This document shows, in pieces, positions 21,158 through 31,863 of a DNA stretch of 64,000 nucleotides. Source of the DNA: an uncultured Candidatus Rokubacteria bacterium (GTDB lineage Bacteria > Methylomirabilota > Methylomirabilia > Rokubacteriales > CSP1-6). The number at the start of each line of letters is the position of its first letter. Position 1 is the first letter of the stretch. A program made the position numbers and the translations under genes. Location: assembly GCA_963789955.1 (NCBI GenBank), contig CAWBMV010000034.1:1120001-1184000 (forward strand), given 5' to 3'. The notes beneath the pieces were generated by a model that saw only the letters and a list, made by a program, of their open reading frames with translations, searched no databases and was not told where the DNA came from.

Positions 21158-22614
21158 GTGAGCGGTACGACCGTCGCCGATGTCGTCGTTGACGGCCTCA
21201 GACGCGCCGGAGCGCCGCGTTTGTTTGCCGTCGCACGCGGCGCGTCCCGCTTCGGCACTTCTCGATGCGGCGCGCGCGCGCGGGCTTCCCGTCACGATCG
21301 CGTCACACGAGACCGGTGCGTTCGTCATGGCCGCGGTCACCGGCGACCTCGTCGACGCGCCGGGTGCCGTACTCATCGGCGAGGACGGCTCCGCATCGGC
21401 GCACGCACACAACGTGCCGGACGACGCGCCGCTGATCTTGTTGACCAGCGGCCATCCATCGAACGTACCCCGCTGCAAGGAGACACTTCGGATCGAGGCG
21501 GTGTCCGCCGCGCATCGCATCGCCCACGCGGTCAGGCTCGCCATGACCGAGCCGCGAGGTCCGGTCCATCTCGCCATCTCACGCCGGGGTCGCGAGCGCA
21601 GCGGCGGTGCCGCTGGCCACGTCGTGCCGTCCCGATCCGCTGCCGTATCCCGATGGCGTGGCGCTGGACCGGCGGCTCGCGAGCTCTCCGCGGCCTCGCG
21701 GCCGCTCCTGCTCGCGGGACTTCACTGTCGCTCGGCCGACGCGGTGCAGTGGCTCCGGGCATTCGTCGAGGCGCTGCCCGCTCCACTCCTGACGACGCCA
21801 CGCGCGAAGGGCGCGCTGCCCGATCCGCACCCGCTGACGCTCGGCGTGCTCGGCGTGGGCGGTGTAGCGGAGCGCCTGCTGAGCCGCGCGGATCTCGTCG
21901 TCGCCCTCGGGCTCGACACGCACGAGGCGAACGCCTTGCCGAAGGCCTGCTGGTCGAACGCTCCGATGCTCGTCTTCGGTCCGGCCGCGGTGCCCGATGG
22001 CCGGCTGCCGGCGGTTCACGTGATCGGTGACGTGAGCGCCATCATCGAGGAGCTCGCGATACGCCTGCGCGACAAGCCTCGGGCCGACTGGGACGTTGCC
22101 GAGGTCGACCGTCTACGGCGTGAGGGGGCCGCTCGGGGCGGCGACGGGCTCGTCGCGCGCGTCGTTCGCCTCGCCCGTGAAGCGACGCCGGCGGGAACGA
22201 TCGCGACGGTCGACGCGGGCCACTATCGAGAGTCTGTCGCCACTGCGTGGCACGCGGTCGCCCCGCGCGAATTCCTCGCGTCGAACGATCTCGCGCAAAG
22301 CTTCGCGCTGCCCGCCGCGATCGCCGCGCACCTCGTGCATCCAGATCGCTACGTCGTATGCTTCACCGGCGCCAACGAGGTGGGAACGGCCGCGACCGAG
22401 CTCGAGACCGTGGCGCGGCTCGCGGCGCGCATCGTGATCGTCGTTCACGAGACCGACGGCACGGGCGCCGCCGCGATGCGGCTGGCCGACGAGCGTTGGT
22501 CTTTCTGTATCCGCCGTCGCCAGCGAGGCGGCGTTTTCTCAGGCGTTCGGTCGTGCGCTCAACGGCGCCGGAGGATCGCTGATCGTCGTCACCGCGGACG
22601 CCGTCGAGCGCTAG
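21158..22614 (+). CDS. Thiamine-pyrophosphate-binding (acetolactate synthase-like) protein, degenerate and frameshifted
   Basis: TVADVVVDGL, HETGA, GPVHL, TTPRAKGALP..HPL, FALPAAIAA; pieces in different frames; GDG motif absent. Confidence 0.6.
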
Positions 22615-22735
22615 ACCGCAACGATCGTGGGATCGATGCGCGCCACGACGTAGCCGGCGACTGCGCCGGCGCCGAAGGACGCGGCGAAGATGGTGTGGCT
22701 CCCTGGCGCGCGATTCCAGCAGGTATAATGACGCC

Positions 22736-23386
22736 ATGCCGATCCTGAACCCGCGCGACCAGGAAGCCGTCCGCAAGGAGTTCGAACGCATTGCCGGACC
22801 CGTGAAGCTCATCGTCTTCTCGCAGGAGCTGGCGGCGGCCGAGCTCTGCCAGCAGAACGAGGCGCTGGTCCGCGAGGTCGCCGAGCTGTCCGACCAGATC
22901 ACGGTCGAGGTGCTCAATCTCGCCATCGATCGCGAGCGGGCGGAGGCCTATGGGGTGGATCAGGTGCCGGCCATCGTCGTCGAGGGCAGCCGCGACTGGG
23001 GCATCCGTTTCTACGGAGTCCCGCTCGGCTACGAGTTCAGCAACTTGATCGACTCGATCATCGTCGCGTCGACCGGCCAGCCGGGACTGTCCGAAGAGAC
23101 GCTCGCCTCGCTGCAGGCGCTCGCGAGCGATGTCGACATCAAGGTCTTCTCGACACCGACCTGACCCCACTGCCCCCGGGCCGTGCGCCTGGCGCAGCAC
23201 ATGTCGGTGGCCTCGGACCGGGTGCGCTCGACCGTGATCGAAGCGACCGAGTTTCCCGAGCTGTCGCGGGCCTACCAGGTGATGGGCGTCCCCAAGGTCG
23301 TGATCAACGATCGCGTCCAGTTCGAAGGCGCCCTGCCGGAGCACGACTTCCTGAGCGCGGTGCTCCAGGCGGTGGAGACCCCCTGA
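22736..23386 (+). CDS. Protein-disulfide oxidoreductase / AhpF N-terminal-like two-domain thioredoxin protein, probable selenoprotein (UPHC)
   Basis: IRFYGVPLGYEFSNLI; VFSTPT-TGA(23162-23164)-PHCPRAVRLA continues in frame to VMGVPKVVIN...FEGALPE. Confidence 0.88.
23170..23197 (+). promoter_or_regulatory. Putative bacterial SECIS element
   Basis: CUGC-CC-CCGGGC-CGUGC-GCCUGG-C-GCAG; loop begins 17 nt after the UGA with G then U; alternative folds exist. Confidence 0.45.
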
Positions 23387-23790
23387 AGGCTTCGGGGCGC
23401 CGCCCGGCGCTCCTCTTTGCCTACGGCACCTTGATGCGCGGCTACTCGCTGCATCGCGTGCTCGCCTCGGCATCGACCTTCCTCGACGAGGGCGCGGTCC
23501 GCGGACGCCTGCTCGACCTCGGCCGCTACCCCGGATTGATCGACGGCGACGGGCGCGTGCGCGGCGAGGTCTACCGGCTGGACGACCCTGAACTTCTCCC
23601 GGTGCTCGACCGGGAGGAGGGGTACAATTTCGAACGTCGCCGCGCGATCGTCACGCTCGCGAACGGCCGGCGCGCGCGAGCCTGGATCTACCGCTACCGC
23701 GGGCCACAGAATCGGGCGGTCCCCATCCCGGACGGGGACTACCGGCGAGTGCACCCGCGATCCGTCACAGGAGAACGTCAATGGCGATGA
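23383..23790 (+). CDS. Gamma-glutamylcyclotransferase (AIG2-like) family protein; start uncertain (CTG at 23383?)
   Basis: LFAYGTLMRG, YPGL, VRGEVY, LDREEG, AWIY; the listed TTG start falls inside the YGTL motif. Confidence 0.82.
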   Translation: MKASGRRPALLFAYGTLMRGYSLHRVLASASTFLDEGAVRGRLLDLGRYPGLIDGDGRVRGEVYRLDDPELLPVLDREEGYNFERRRAIVTLANGRRARAWIYRYRGPQNRAVPIPDGDYRRVHPRSVTGERQWR

Positions 23791-25163
23791 CCGCCGCTGA
23801 GCTCGTCAAGGCCGATCAGGATCACCTGATCCATCCGCTTCACCATCCCATCGACAACGCCGAGCCGATGATCTACGTCCGCGGCCGCGGCTCCATGATC
23901 CAGGAGATCGGAGGCCACGAGTACATCGACGGTCTCTCCGGACTCTGGAATGTGAACGTGGGCCATGGCCGCACGGAGCTCGCCGACGCGGCGGCCGCCC
24001 AGATGAAGGACCTCGCGTACTTCTCGGGCTACGTCGGCTCGTCGAACATTCCGGCGATCACCCTGGCGAACAAGCTCATCGAGCTCGCCTACGACAACAT
24101 GCAGGCGGTGTTCTTCACCTGCGGCGGCGCCGAGTCGAACGAGTCGGCGTTCAAGACGGCGCGCTTCTACTGGAAGACGCAGGGCAAGCCCGACAAGATC
24201 AAGATCATCTCGCGCCAGCAGGGCTATCACGGCGTCACCTTGCAGGCGATGAGCGCGACGGGGATGAGCCCCTACTGGAAGATGTTCGAGCCGCGCGTTC
24301 CGGGCTTCGTCCACATCCAGACGTGCTACCCGTATCGGTTCCAGGGCGCCAAGCCCGGCGAGACCGTGGGGCAGGCGGCCGCGCGCGAGCTCGAGGAGGC
24401 GATCCTGCGCGAGGGGCCCGACACCGTCGCGGGATTCATCGGCGAGCCCATTCACGGCGGCGGCGGCGTCATCTATCCGACCGACGATTACTGGCCGCTG
24501 GTGCGTGAGGTCTGCACGCGCCACAAGGTGCTCCTGATCGGCGACGAGGTCATCACGGGCTTCTGCCGGACGGGTCGCTGGTTCGCGCTCTCGCACTGGG
24601 ACGTGAAGCCCGACATCATGTCGTTCGCGAAGGGCGTGACCTCGGGCTATCTGCCGCTCGGCGGCATCATGGTCACCAAGGCGATCAAGGACGCGATGGA
24701 CTCGGTCAACCCGGCCGATCGCTGGATGCACGCCTACACCTATTCGAGCCATCCCACGTGCTGTGCCGTCGGCGTCCGGAACGTCGAGATCATGGAGCGC
24801 GAGCGGCTCTGGGAGAACGCGGCGAAGATGGGCACGCGCCTGCACAAGGGGCTGCAGCAGGCGTTCGGCGATCATCCGCACGCGGGCGACATCCGGGGCG
24901 GCAAGGGGCTGCTCGCCGCGGTCGAGCTCGTGGAGGATCGCGCGACGAAGAAGAACTTCGCCGGCGACAAGCAGGTCGCGCCGCGCATCCAGGCCGAGAT
25001 GATGAAGCGAGGCGTCGTGACGCGGACGCGGCCGTCGCCGGGCCCGCATCCGGCACCGGGCGATTCGGTCTACTTCGCGCCGCCGCTGGTCGTCACCGAG
25101 GCGGAGGTCGACCGGCTCATCGGCGTGACCCGTGACGCCGTGAAGGTCGTTCTCGGCGTCTAG
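23781..25163 (+). CDS. Class III aminotransferase (omega-amino acid/polyamine type)
   Basis: YIDGLSGLW, GGAESNE, YHG, DEVITGFCRTG, FAKGVTSGY. Confidence 0.93.
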   Translation: MAMTAAELVKADQDHLIHPLHHPIDNAEPMIYVRGRGSMIQEIGGHEYIDGLSGLWNVNVGHGRTELADAAAAQMKDLAYFSGYVGSSNIPAITLANKLIELAYDNMQAVFFTCGGAESNESAFKTARFYWKTQGKPDKIKIISRQQGYHGVTLQAMSATGMSPYWKMFEPRVPGFVHIQTCYPYRFQGAKPGETVGQAAARELEEAILREGPDTVAGFIGEPIHGGGGVIYPTDDYWPLVREVCTRHKVLLIGDEVITGFCRTGRWFALSHWDVKPDIMSFAKGVTSGYLPLGGIMVTKAIKDAMDSVNPADRWMHAYTYSSHPTCCAVGVRNVEIMERERLWENAAKMGTRLHKGLQQAFGDHPHAGDIRGGKGLLAAVELVEDRATKKNFAGDKQVAPRIQAEMMKRGVVTRTRPSPGPHPAPGDSVYFAPPLVVTEAEVDRLIGVTRDAVKVVLGV

Positions 25164-25175
25164 GCCGGGCTCGTC

Positions 25176-25358
25176 GTGAAACTGATCACCGCCCACCGCA
25201 TCCTCATCATCGCGGGGATCGCGTTCTTTCTGTTCTACGCGATGGTCGTGCTCTCGCGCGACCACACGGCGTCGGGGCTCGTGCAGGCGGTGATCTCGCT
25301 GGCCGTCGTCGTCGGGCTCGCCCTCTACTACCGCACGCTCAGGCGGTGGGGCTCCTAG
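25176..25358 (+). CDS. Small two-TM membrane protein
   Basis: 60-aa ORF with two hydrophobic helices filling the operon gap. Confidence 0.55.
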   Translation: MKLITAHRILIIAGIAFFLFYAMVVLSRDHTASGLVQAVISLAVVVGLALYYRTLRRWGS

Positions 25359-25771
25359 TGGGAGCCCCGGGCCATCGCGAGGCTGGGGTCCGGCCGGTCG
25401 AGGCGAGCGATCAGCGAACTCCCGCCGTCCTGATCTACGACGGCGAGTGCGCCATGTGCCGGGCCAGCGCGCTCTGGCTCATGCGCCTGGCGATGGCCGG
25501 CGGCGAGCTCGAGATCCTGCCGTGCCGGTCGGCGCCGCGACGCATCCGGTTTCCGCACCTCACCGACGAAGCCTGCATGACCGCGATGCAGCTCGTGCTG
25601 CCCGATGGCCGCACGCTCGCGGGCGCCGATGCCGTGCCCGAGCTGCTCCGGCGCATTCGCGGACTCGGATGGCTGGCGACGGCCTTCGCGCTTCCTGGCG
25701 CGCGCCCGGTTGCTCGCCGCGTGTACGGTTGGATCGCCAGGAACCGCATGCGTCTCTCCTGCGAGCGTTGA
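25358..25771 (+). CDS. DCC1-like thiol-disulfide oxidoreductase (DUF393)
   Basis: LIYDGECAMC, GADA, Y.WIARNR motifs. Confidence 0.85.
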   Translation: MGAPGHREAGVRPVEASDQRTPAVLIYDGECAMCRASALWLMRLAMAGGELEILPCRSAPRRIRFPHLTDEACMTAMQLVLPDGRTLAGADAVPELLRRIRGLGWLATAFALPGARPVARRVYGWIARNRMRLSCER

Positions 25772-25910
25772 GACGCGCAACGGTGTTGCACGTTTCTTCG
25801 GCATCGCGCGCTGAGTCGCACGCGAATTCGGCACCATACTTTCAGGAATATGCCTGACCCCGAGGAGATAAGTGCTGATGTAGATTGACTATCGACTCGT
25901 GGCTGACGCC

Positions 25911-25926
25911 TGGCACGCGCGCTGCA
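25911..25926 (+). promoter_or_regulatory. Sigma54 -24/-12 promoter of the nitrate operon
   Basis: TGGCAC-GCGCG-CTGCA, GG and GC 12 bp apart; NtrC-like TGCAC-N7-CGGCA at 25787-25803. Confidence 0.75.
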
Positions 25927-25944
25927 CCTACACGGCGGCGGCGC

Positions 25945-26018
25945 GTCCAGGACGGACACGTCGAAGGGACAGCGATGGCGCTGGAGGCCTCCTCGCGGAG
26001 GCACGGCGCCATTTTTTT
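25945..26018 (+). promoter_or_regulatory. Leader attenuator (ANTAR-like hairpins overlapping an intrinsic terminator)
   Basis: Terminator atggcgctg..gcctcc-tcgc-ggaggc..cggcgccat plus T7; competing cagc-GATGGC-gctg hexaloop hairpin. Confidence 0.6.
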
Positions 26019-26034
26019 GTCTGGGAGGTGATCG

Positions 26035-27272
26035 GTGCGGGTCACGCGACGGACGTTTCTGCAGACGACAGGCGCCGCGGCGCTGCTCGCAGGACTGCCC
26101 ACGAACTGGGCAGGCGGAGTGTACGCGGCCGACGGACCTGAGACGCCGAAGGTGCGGATCGGCATCATTGCGCTCACCGATTGCTCGTCGATCGTCATGG
26201 CGCACGAGCTCGGACTTTTCAAGAAGTACGGCATCGAGTCGACGATCTCGAAGGAAGCGTCGTGGGCGGTCATCCGCGATCGCCTCACGCTCGGCGAGAA
26301 CCAGGCGACGCACATGCTGCTGGGGATTCCCTACGCGGCGACGATGGGCCTTCAAGGCTCGCCGGTGAAGCCGATGATCATCCCGATGTACCTCAACCGG
26401 AACGGGCAGGCCATCACGCTCACGAAGGCGCTGCTCGAGAAGGGCGTGAAGACGCCGCAGCAGCTCAAGCCGCTGGCGTTCGAGGCGAAGGTCAAGGGCT
26501 CCCCCATGACCTTCGCGATGACCTATCCGCCCGGGACGCACGCGATGTGGACGCGCTACTGGCTCGGCGCCGGCGGGATCAATCCCGATCGTGACGTCAC
26601 ACTGATCACGATCCCTCCCGCGCAGATGGTCGCGAATATGAAGGTCGGCAAGATGGACGGCTACTGTGTAGGCGAGCCGTGGGGCGCGCGCGCCATCGCC
26701 GACGGGATCGGCTTCACCGCCGTCACCACGCAGCAGATCTGGCGCGACCACCCCGAGAAGGTGCTCGCCTTCACGGAGGAGTTCGCGCAGAAGAACCCCA
26801 GAACGGTGAAGGCCGTGATGGCCGCCGTGCTCGGAAGCGAGCCAGTGGAACGACAAGCTCGAGAACCGACCGCGCATGGCGGAAGTCGTCGGCCAACCGC
26901 AGTACGTCAACGCTGCGAAGGAGATCATCCTCGGCCGCATGCTCGGCGACTACGACTACGGCGACGGGCGCAAGGAGAAGGACAAGTACTACATGACCTT
27001 CTTCGACCGGCAGACGAACTTCCCGTTGAAGTCGCACGGCCTCTGGTGGCTCAGCCAGTTCCGGCGCTGGGGCATGGTCAGGAGGCGCCGGACTACAAGG
27101 GCTCGTCGATCGCGTGCATCGGCCCGACATCTTCCGCGAGGTGGCGAAGGACATGGGGATCGAGACACCGCGGGAGGACATGAAGAAGGAAACGCTCTTC
27201 GACGGCGTCACCTTCGACCCGGCCGATCCGGAGAAGTACGCGAAGAGCTTCGCCGTCCAACTGATGGCGTGA
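26035..27272 (+). CDS. nrtA: Nitrate ABC transporter substrate-binding protein, NrtA/CmpA family (frameshifted)
   Basis: Tat motif RRTFL; IALTDC, NRNGQAIT, PPAQMVANM, CVGEPW, HPEKV; WWLSQFRRWG in another frame. Confidence 0.85.
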
Positions 27273-27274
27273 CC

Positions 27275-28053
27275 ATGAGGCCATGAGAGATCCGGCACTC
27301 ACGCCGAGATGCTCCTCCTGCTGTTCGGCGCCGTCGTGTCCTGCTGGCCTGGGCATGCTCGTCGCGACACGTCGCGCCGGATCTCCCGTCGCCGAGCCGG
27401 ACGTGGCAGGAATCGCGAGCGGTACATCCTCGGCCGTTCTTCAAGGACGGCGAGATGAACCAGGGGATCGGCCGCTTCGCGTTCTGATTCGCTGGCGGGT
27501 GGGCAAGGGCTTCGTGCTGGCGCTGGCGATCGGCACGCCGCTCGGCTTCTTGCTCGGTCTCTCGACGCGCTTCCACCAGCCGTTCGATCCGATCATGCAG
27601 GTCATGCGGCCGATCTCGCCGCTCGCGTGGCTGCCGCTCGGCCTCATGATCTTCCAGACGTCCGAGCCGGCGGCGATCTTCACGATCGCCCTCTGCGCGA
27701 TGTGGCCGACGGTCATCAACACCGCCGTCGGCGTGCGGTCGATCAGTCCCGGAGTACCTGAACGTGGGCCGCGTGCTGAAGCTCTCGCGCACCGACGATG
27801 CTGCGCAGATCATCGTCCCGGCCACGCTGCCCTACGTCTTCACCGGCTACCGGCTGTCCCTCGGCCTCGCGTGGCTCGTGATCGTCGCCGCGGAGATGCT
27901 GACCGGCACGCCGGGCGTCGGCGGCTTTCTCTGGCAGGAGTACAACAGCCTCGTCTACTCGCACATCCTCCTCTCGTCCTGACGATCGGCGCGATCGGCT
28001 TCTTGCTCGACCGCCTGATGGGCCTGGTCGAGGCGCGCGTCGGCGGACTCTGA
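27275..28053 (+). CDS. nrtB: Nitrate ABC transporter permease (frameshifted)
   Basis: [33 protein letters not shown] fragments. Confidence 0.82.
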
Positions 28054-28055
28054 CC

Positions 28056-28830
28056 GTGACGGCGTACGTCGAGGTGCGGGCGTGCGGAAGGCCTTCACCG
28101 GGGCGCGGTCGGACGCCGTGCTGGGCGGGCGTCGACCTGGCGCTCGACGAGGGCGAGTTCGTCGCGGTCGTCGGCTACTCCGGGTCGGGAAAGACCACGC
28201 TGGTGTCGCTGATCGGCGGCCTCATCGACCGGACCGCGGCGAGATCCGACTCGACGGCGCGCCGATCACCGGGCCCGGCCCCGAGCGCGGCATCGTCTTC
28301 CAGAGCTACTCGCTCCTGCCGTGGCTCAGCGTGCGCGACAACGTCGCGCTCGCCGTCGACGCCGTGCACCCGGACCTGTCGGCGGCCGAACGCGCGGCGT
28401 ATCACCGAGCGAGTTCATCGCGCCTCGTCGAATCTCACGCCGGCCGCCTGGAAGCGACCGCGCGAGCTCTCGGGCGGCATGCGCCAGCGCGTGGCGGTGG
28501 CCCGCGGTCTCGCCATGCAGCCCAAGCTCCTGCTGATGGACGAGCCGTTCAGCGCACTCGACGCGCTCACCCGCGCCACGCTGCAGGACGAGCTCTCGCG
28601 GATCTGGGCGAGCGCCGATCGACGGTGATGTTGATCACGAACGACGTGGACGAGGCGATCTCGCTCGCCGACCGGATCTACCCGATGACGCCGGGGCCGG
28701 GGCGCGGTGCTCGGCGCCACCGATCGAGGTCGGGTCTGCCGCGGCCGCGACAGCGCCGCGCACATGAACCTCGAGCCCGCGTACCAGAAGGCGCGCCGCG
28801 CCCTCGTCGAGTTCCTCGTCTCGATCGAGC
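28056..28830 (+). CDS. Nitrate ABC ATPase domain 1 (frameshifted; end approximate)
   Basis: [32 protein letters not shown]. Confidence 0.75.
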
Positions 28831-28897
28831 AGCGGCCGCGACCGCCGAGGGTGGCGCGAGCCGCCGGCTCGGAGCGCGAACCATCCAGGTCCGACAC

Positions 28898-29660
28898 GCT
28901 TCGTCGAGATCGCCCAGCTCGGCAAGAGCGTACGAGACGCCCCGGGCCCGGCGGTCATCGTCCGGGACTTCACCTCTACGTCGACGGAGGGCGAGTTCGT
29001 CTGCCTCCTCGGCCACTCCGGCTGCGGCAAGTCGACGGTGCTCTCGATCCTGATGGGACTCACGCGCCGAGCAGCGGTGGCGTCGTGATCGGCGGCCGGG
29101 AGATCGATGGGCCCGGTCTCGATCGCGGCGTGGTCTTCCAGTCGGCCGACCCTGCTGCCGTGGATGTCGGTCGCGCGCCAACGTGTCGGCTCGCCCGCGA
29201 GCAGGTCGCATCCGCGATCGCGGCCGCGACGCGGACTCCTACTTGGCGTCGGTCGGCGCTCGGCGGGATGGGCGAGCGCTATCCCGCCGTGAGCTCTCCG
29301 CCGGCATGCAGCAGCGAGCGGGCATCGCCCGCGCGTTCGCGCTCGAGCCGCAGGCTGCTCCTGCTCGACGAGCCGTTCAGCCTCCTCGACGCGCTGACCC
29401 GGATGGAGCTGCAGGACGAGCTGATGCGCGCTCTGGGAAGACCGACAGCGGACCGAACCGTGATCATGGTCACGCACGACGTGGACGAGGCGCTCCTCCT
29501 CGCCGACCGCATCGTGATGATGACGAACGGGCCCGCGGCGACGATCGGGCGGATCTTCGACGTGCCGTTTCCGCGCCCCCGAAGTCGTGACGACCTCCTG
29601 GCGCGCCCCGATTACTTCTGGCTCCGAGATCGCGATCGTCGCCTTCCTCGGAGGACCAGG
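28898..29660 (+). CDS. Nitrate ABC ATPase domain 2 (frameshifted; boundaries approximate)
   Basis: GHSGCGKST, LSAGMQQR, LLDEPF, VTHDVDEALLLADRIVMMTNGP fragments. Confidence 0.75.
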
Positions 29661-29717
29661 CGCACGCGCCCGCGGCGAGGCCGCGCGCCGGGCGGACCTG
29701 CGACTGACCGGCCGACC

Positions 29718-31863
29718 ATGTGCCCGTACTGCGGCGTGGGCTGCGGCCTGCTGCGTGCAGGTGCGCGATGGGCGGGTGACGAAGGTCAAGGGCGATCCGG
29801 ACCATCCGGCGAGTCTCGGCGACCTGTCGCGCGAAGGCGGTTCATCTGCCTCCGGTCCTGCGCGCGCCGCGATCGCCTGCTCTATCCGAGCGTGCGGCCC
29901 GGCGCGACGCGCCGCTGGAGCGCGTGCCGTGGGAGCTCGCGATCCGGGTCGCAGCCGAGCGAATGCGCGAGATCGTCGCCAGCCCACGGCCCGGACGCGG
30001 TCGCGTTCTACGCCTCGGGCCAGCTGCTGACCGAGGAGTACTATCGTCGCCGTCGCAAGCTCGCCAAGGGCTTCGTCGGCACCAACAACTTCGACACGAA
30101 CTCGCGCCTGTGCATGGCGTCGGCGGCGACGGGCTATGCGCGCTCGCTCGGCTCCGACGGACCGCCGCGCGTCGTACGAGGACATCGATCTGGCCGACTG
30201 CTTCCTGCTGCTCGGCACCAACACCGCCGACTGCCACCCCGTCACCTTCAAGCGCATCAGGCGAGCGGAAGCCGCAGGACCCCGACGACGTCAGCGTCAT
30301 CGTCGTCGATCCGCGCTGGACCGAGACCGCGGATCTCGCCGATCTCCACTGTCCGCTGCGGCCCGGCTCCGACATCGCGCTGCTGAACGCGATGCTGCAC
30401 GTGCTCGGCGCGAGGGCTCGCTGCGATCGACGGCGTCGATCGACGAGCACACCGACGCGGCTGGGAACGGTGCGCGCGTGGTCGAGCGCTTACCCGCCCG
30501 AGCGCGCGCGCGGCGCTCACCGGGCTGTCCGCGGGACGCATCGTCGCGGCCGCGCTCCGGTTCGGCGCCGCCCGCGCGGCGCTGACGCTGTGGTCGATGG
30601 GGGTCAACCAGAGTCACGTCGGGCACGGACAACAACTGCGGCGATCATCAACCTGCATCTCGCGACGGGCCAGATCGGCCGGCCCGGCGCGGGGCCGTTC
30701 TCGCTGACGGGCCAGCCGAACGCGATGGGCGGCCGCGAGACGGGCGGGCTCGCGCACCTGCTGCCCGGCTACCGGCTCGTGACCGACGCCGACGCGCGCG
30801 CGGCGGTCGAGCGCCACTGGAGCGTGCGCGCCGGACGATCGCTCCCGACGCCCGGGCGCAGCGGCGCTCGAGATGTTCGAGGGCGCTCGCGACGCGGCGA
30901 CGGTGCGCGCGGTGTGGATCATCGGCACGAACCCGGCCGCCTCGATGCCGGACCTCGACTTGGTCGAGAAGGCGCTCCGCCAGGCCGATCTCGTGATCGT
31001 GCAGGACGCCTACCACCCGACCGAGACGACGCGCGTTCGCCGACGTGCTCCTGCCCGCCGCCCAGTGGCCGGAGAAGGACGGCGTGATGACGAACTCCGA
31101 GCGGCGGCTCACGTACCTGCCGAAGCTCGTCGAGCCGCCGGGCGAGGCGCGGCCGGACGCGGAGATCTTGACGCGATTCGCGGCGACGAGCTCGGGCTGC
31201 AAGGAGGCGTTCGCATGCGCGGCGCGGGCGAGGTCTTCGACGAGTTCGCGGCGCTGACGGCCGGGCAGGCCGTGCGACTACTCCGGGCGTCAGCCACGCG
31301 CGTCTGGGCGCCGACGGGCCGCTCCAGTGGCCGGTGCCGCGCGCGCCGACCACGCCGGGCACCGGCGCGGCTCTACGCCGACGGCCGCTTCCCGACCGCG
31401 GACGGGCGCGCGCGGTTCGTCGCCGGTCGAGCACGCGGAGCCCGTCGAGCCGGCCGACGCATCGCTTCCCGCTGATGCTCACGACGGGCCGCGTGCGCGA
31501 TCACTGGCACACGCTGCACGCGCACCGGCAAGGCGCCGGCGCTCGCCGCGCGCACGCCCGAGCCGATTCTCGAGCTGCAGCCCGGCGACGCGCGACGCGG
31601 CCGGCATCCAGGACGGCGACTTCGTCGAGGTCGCGTCTCGCCGCGGCAAGGCCGTGGCGCAGTGCCGCGTGAGCGGCGCGATCCGCGAGGGCACGTGCTT
31701 CCTGCCGTTTCACTGGGGCCGGCAGGCCGGGTTCTACAAGAGCGCCAACAACCTGACCCTCGGCGGCCGCGATCCGCTGTCGCGCCAGCCGGAGCTGAAG
31801 GCGTGCGCGGTGCGCGTGCGGCGTGTCGCCGGGAACGTGCTGGAAGCAGCGGGCACATCGTGA
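29718..31863 (+). CDS. nasA: Assimilatory nitrate reductase catalytic subunit (molybdopterin; many frameshifts; start uncertain)
   Basis: [61 protein letters not shown]. Confidence 0.85.

Noticed and set aside
25358..25771. DCC1-like gene as a fourth selenoprotein
   Set aside because: Its CxxC is encoded by normal Cys codons and the TGA falls at the expected C-terminus
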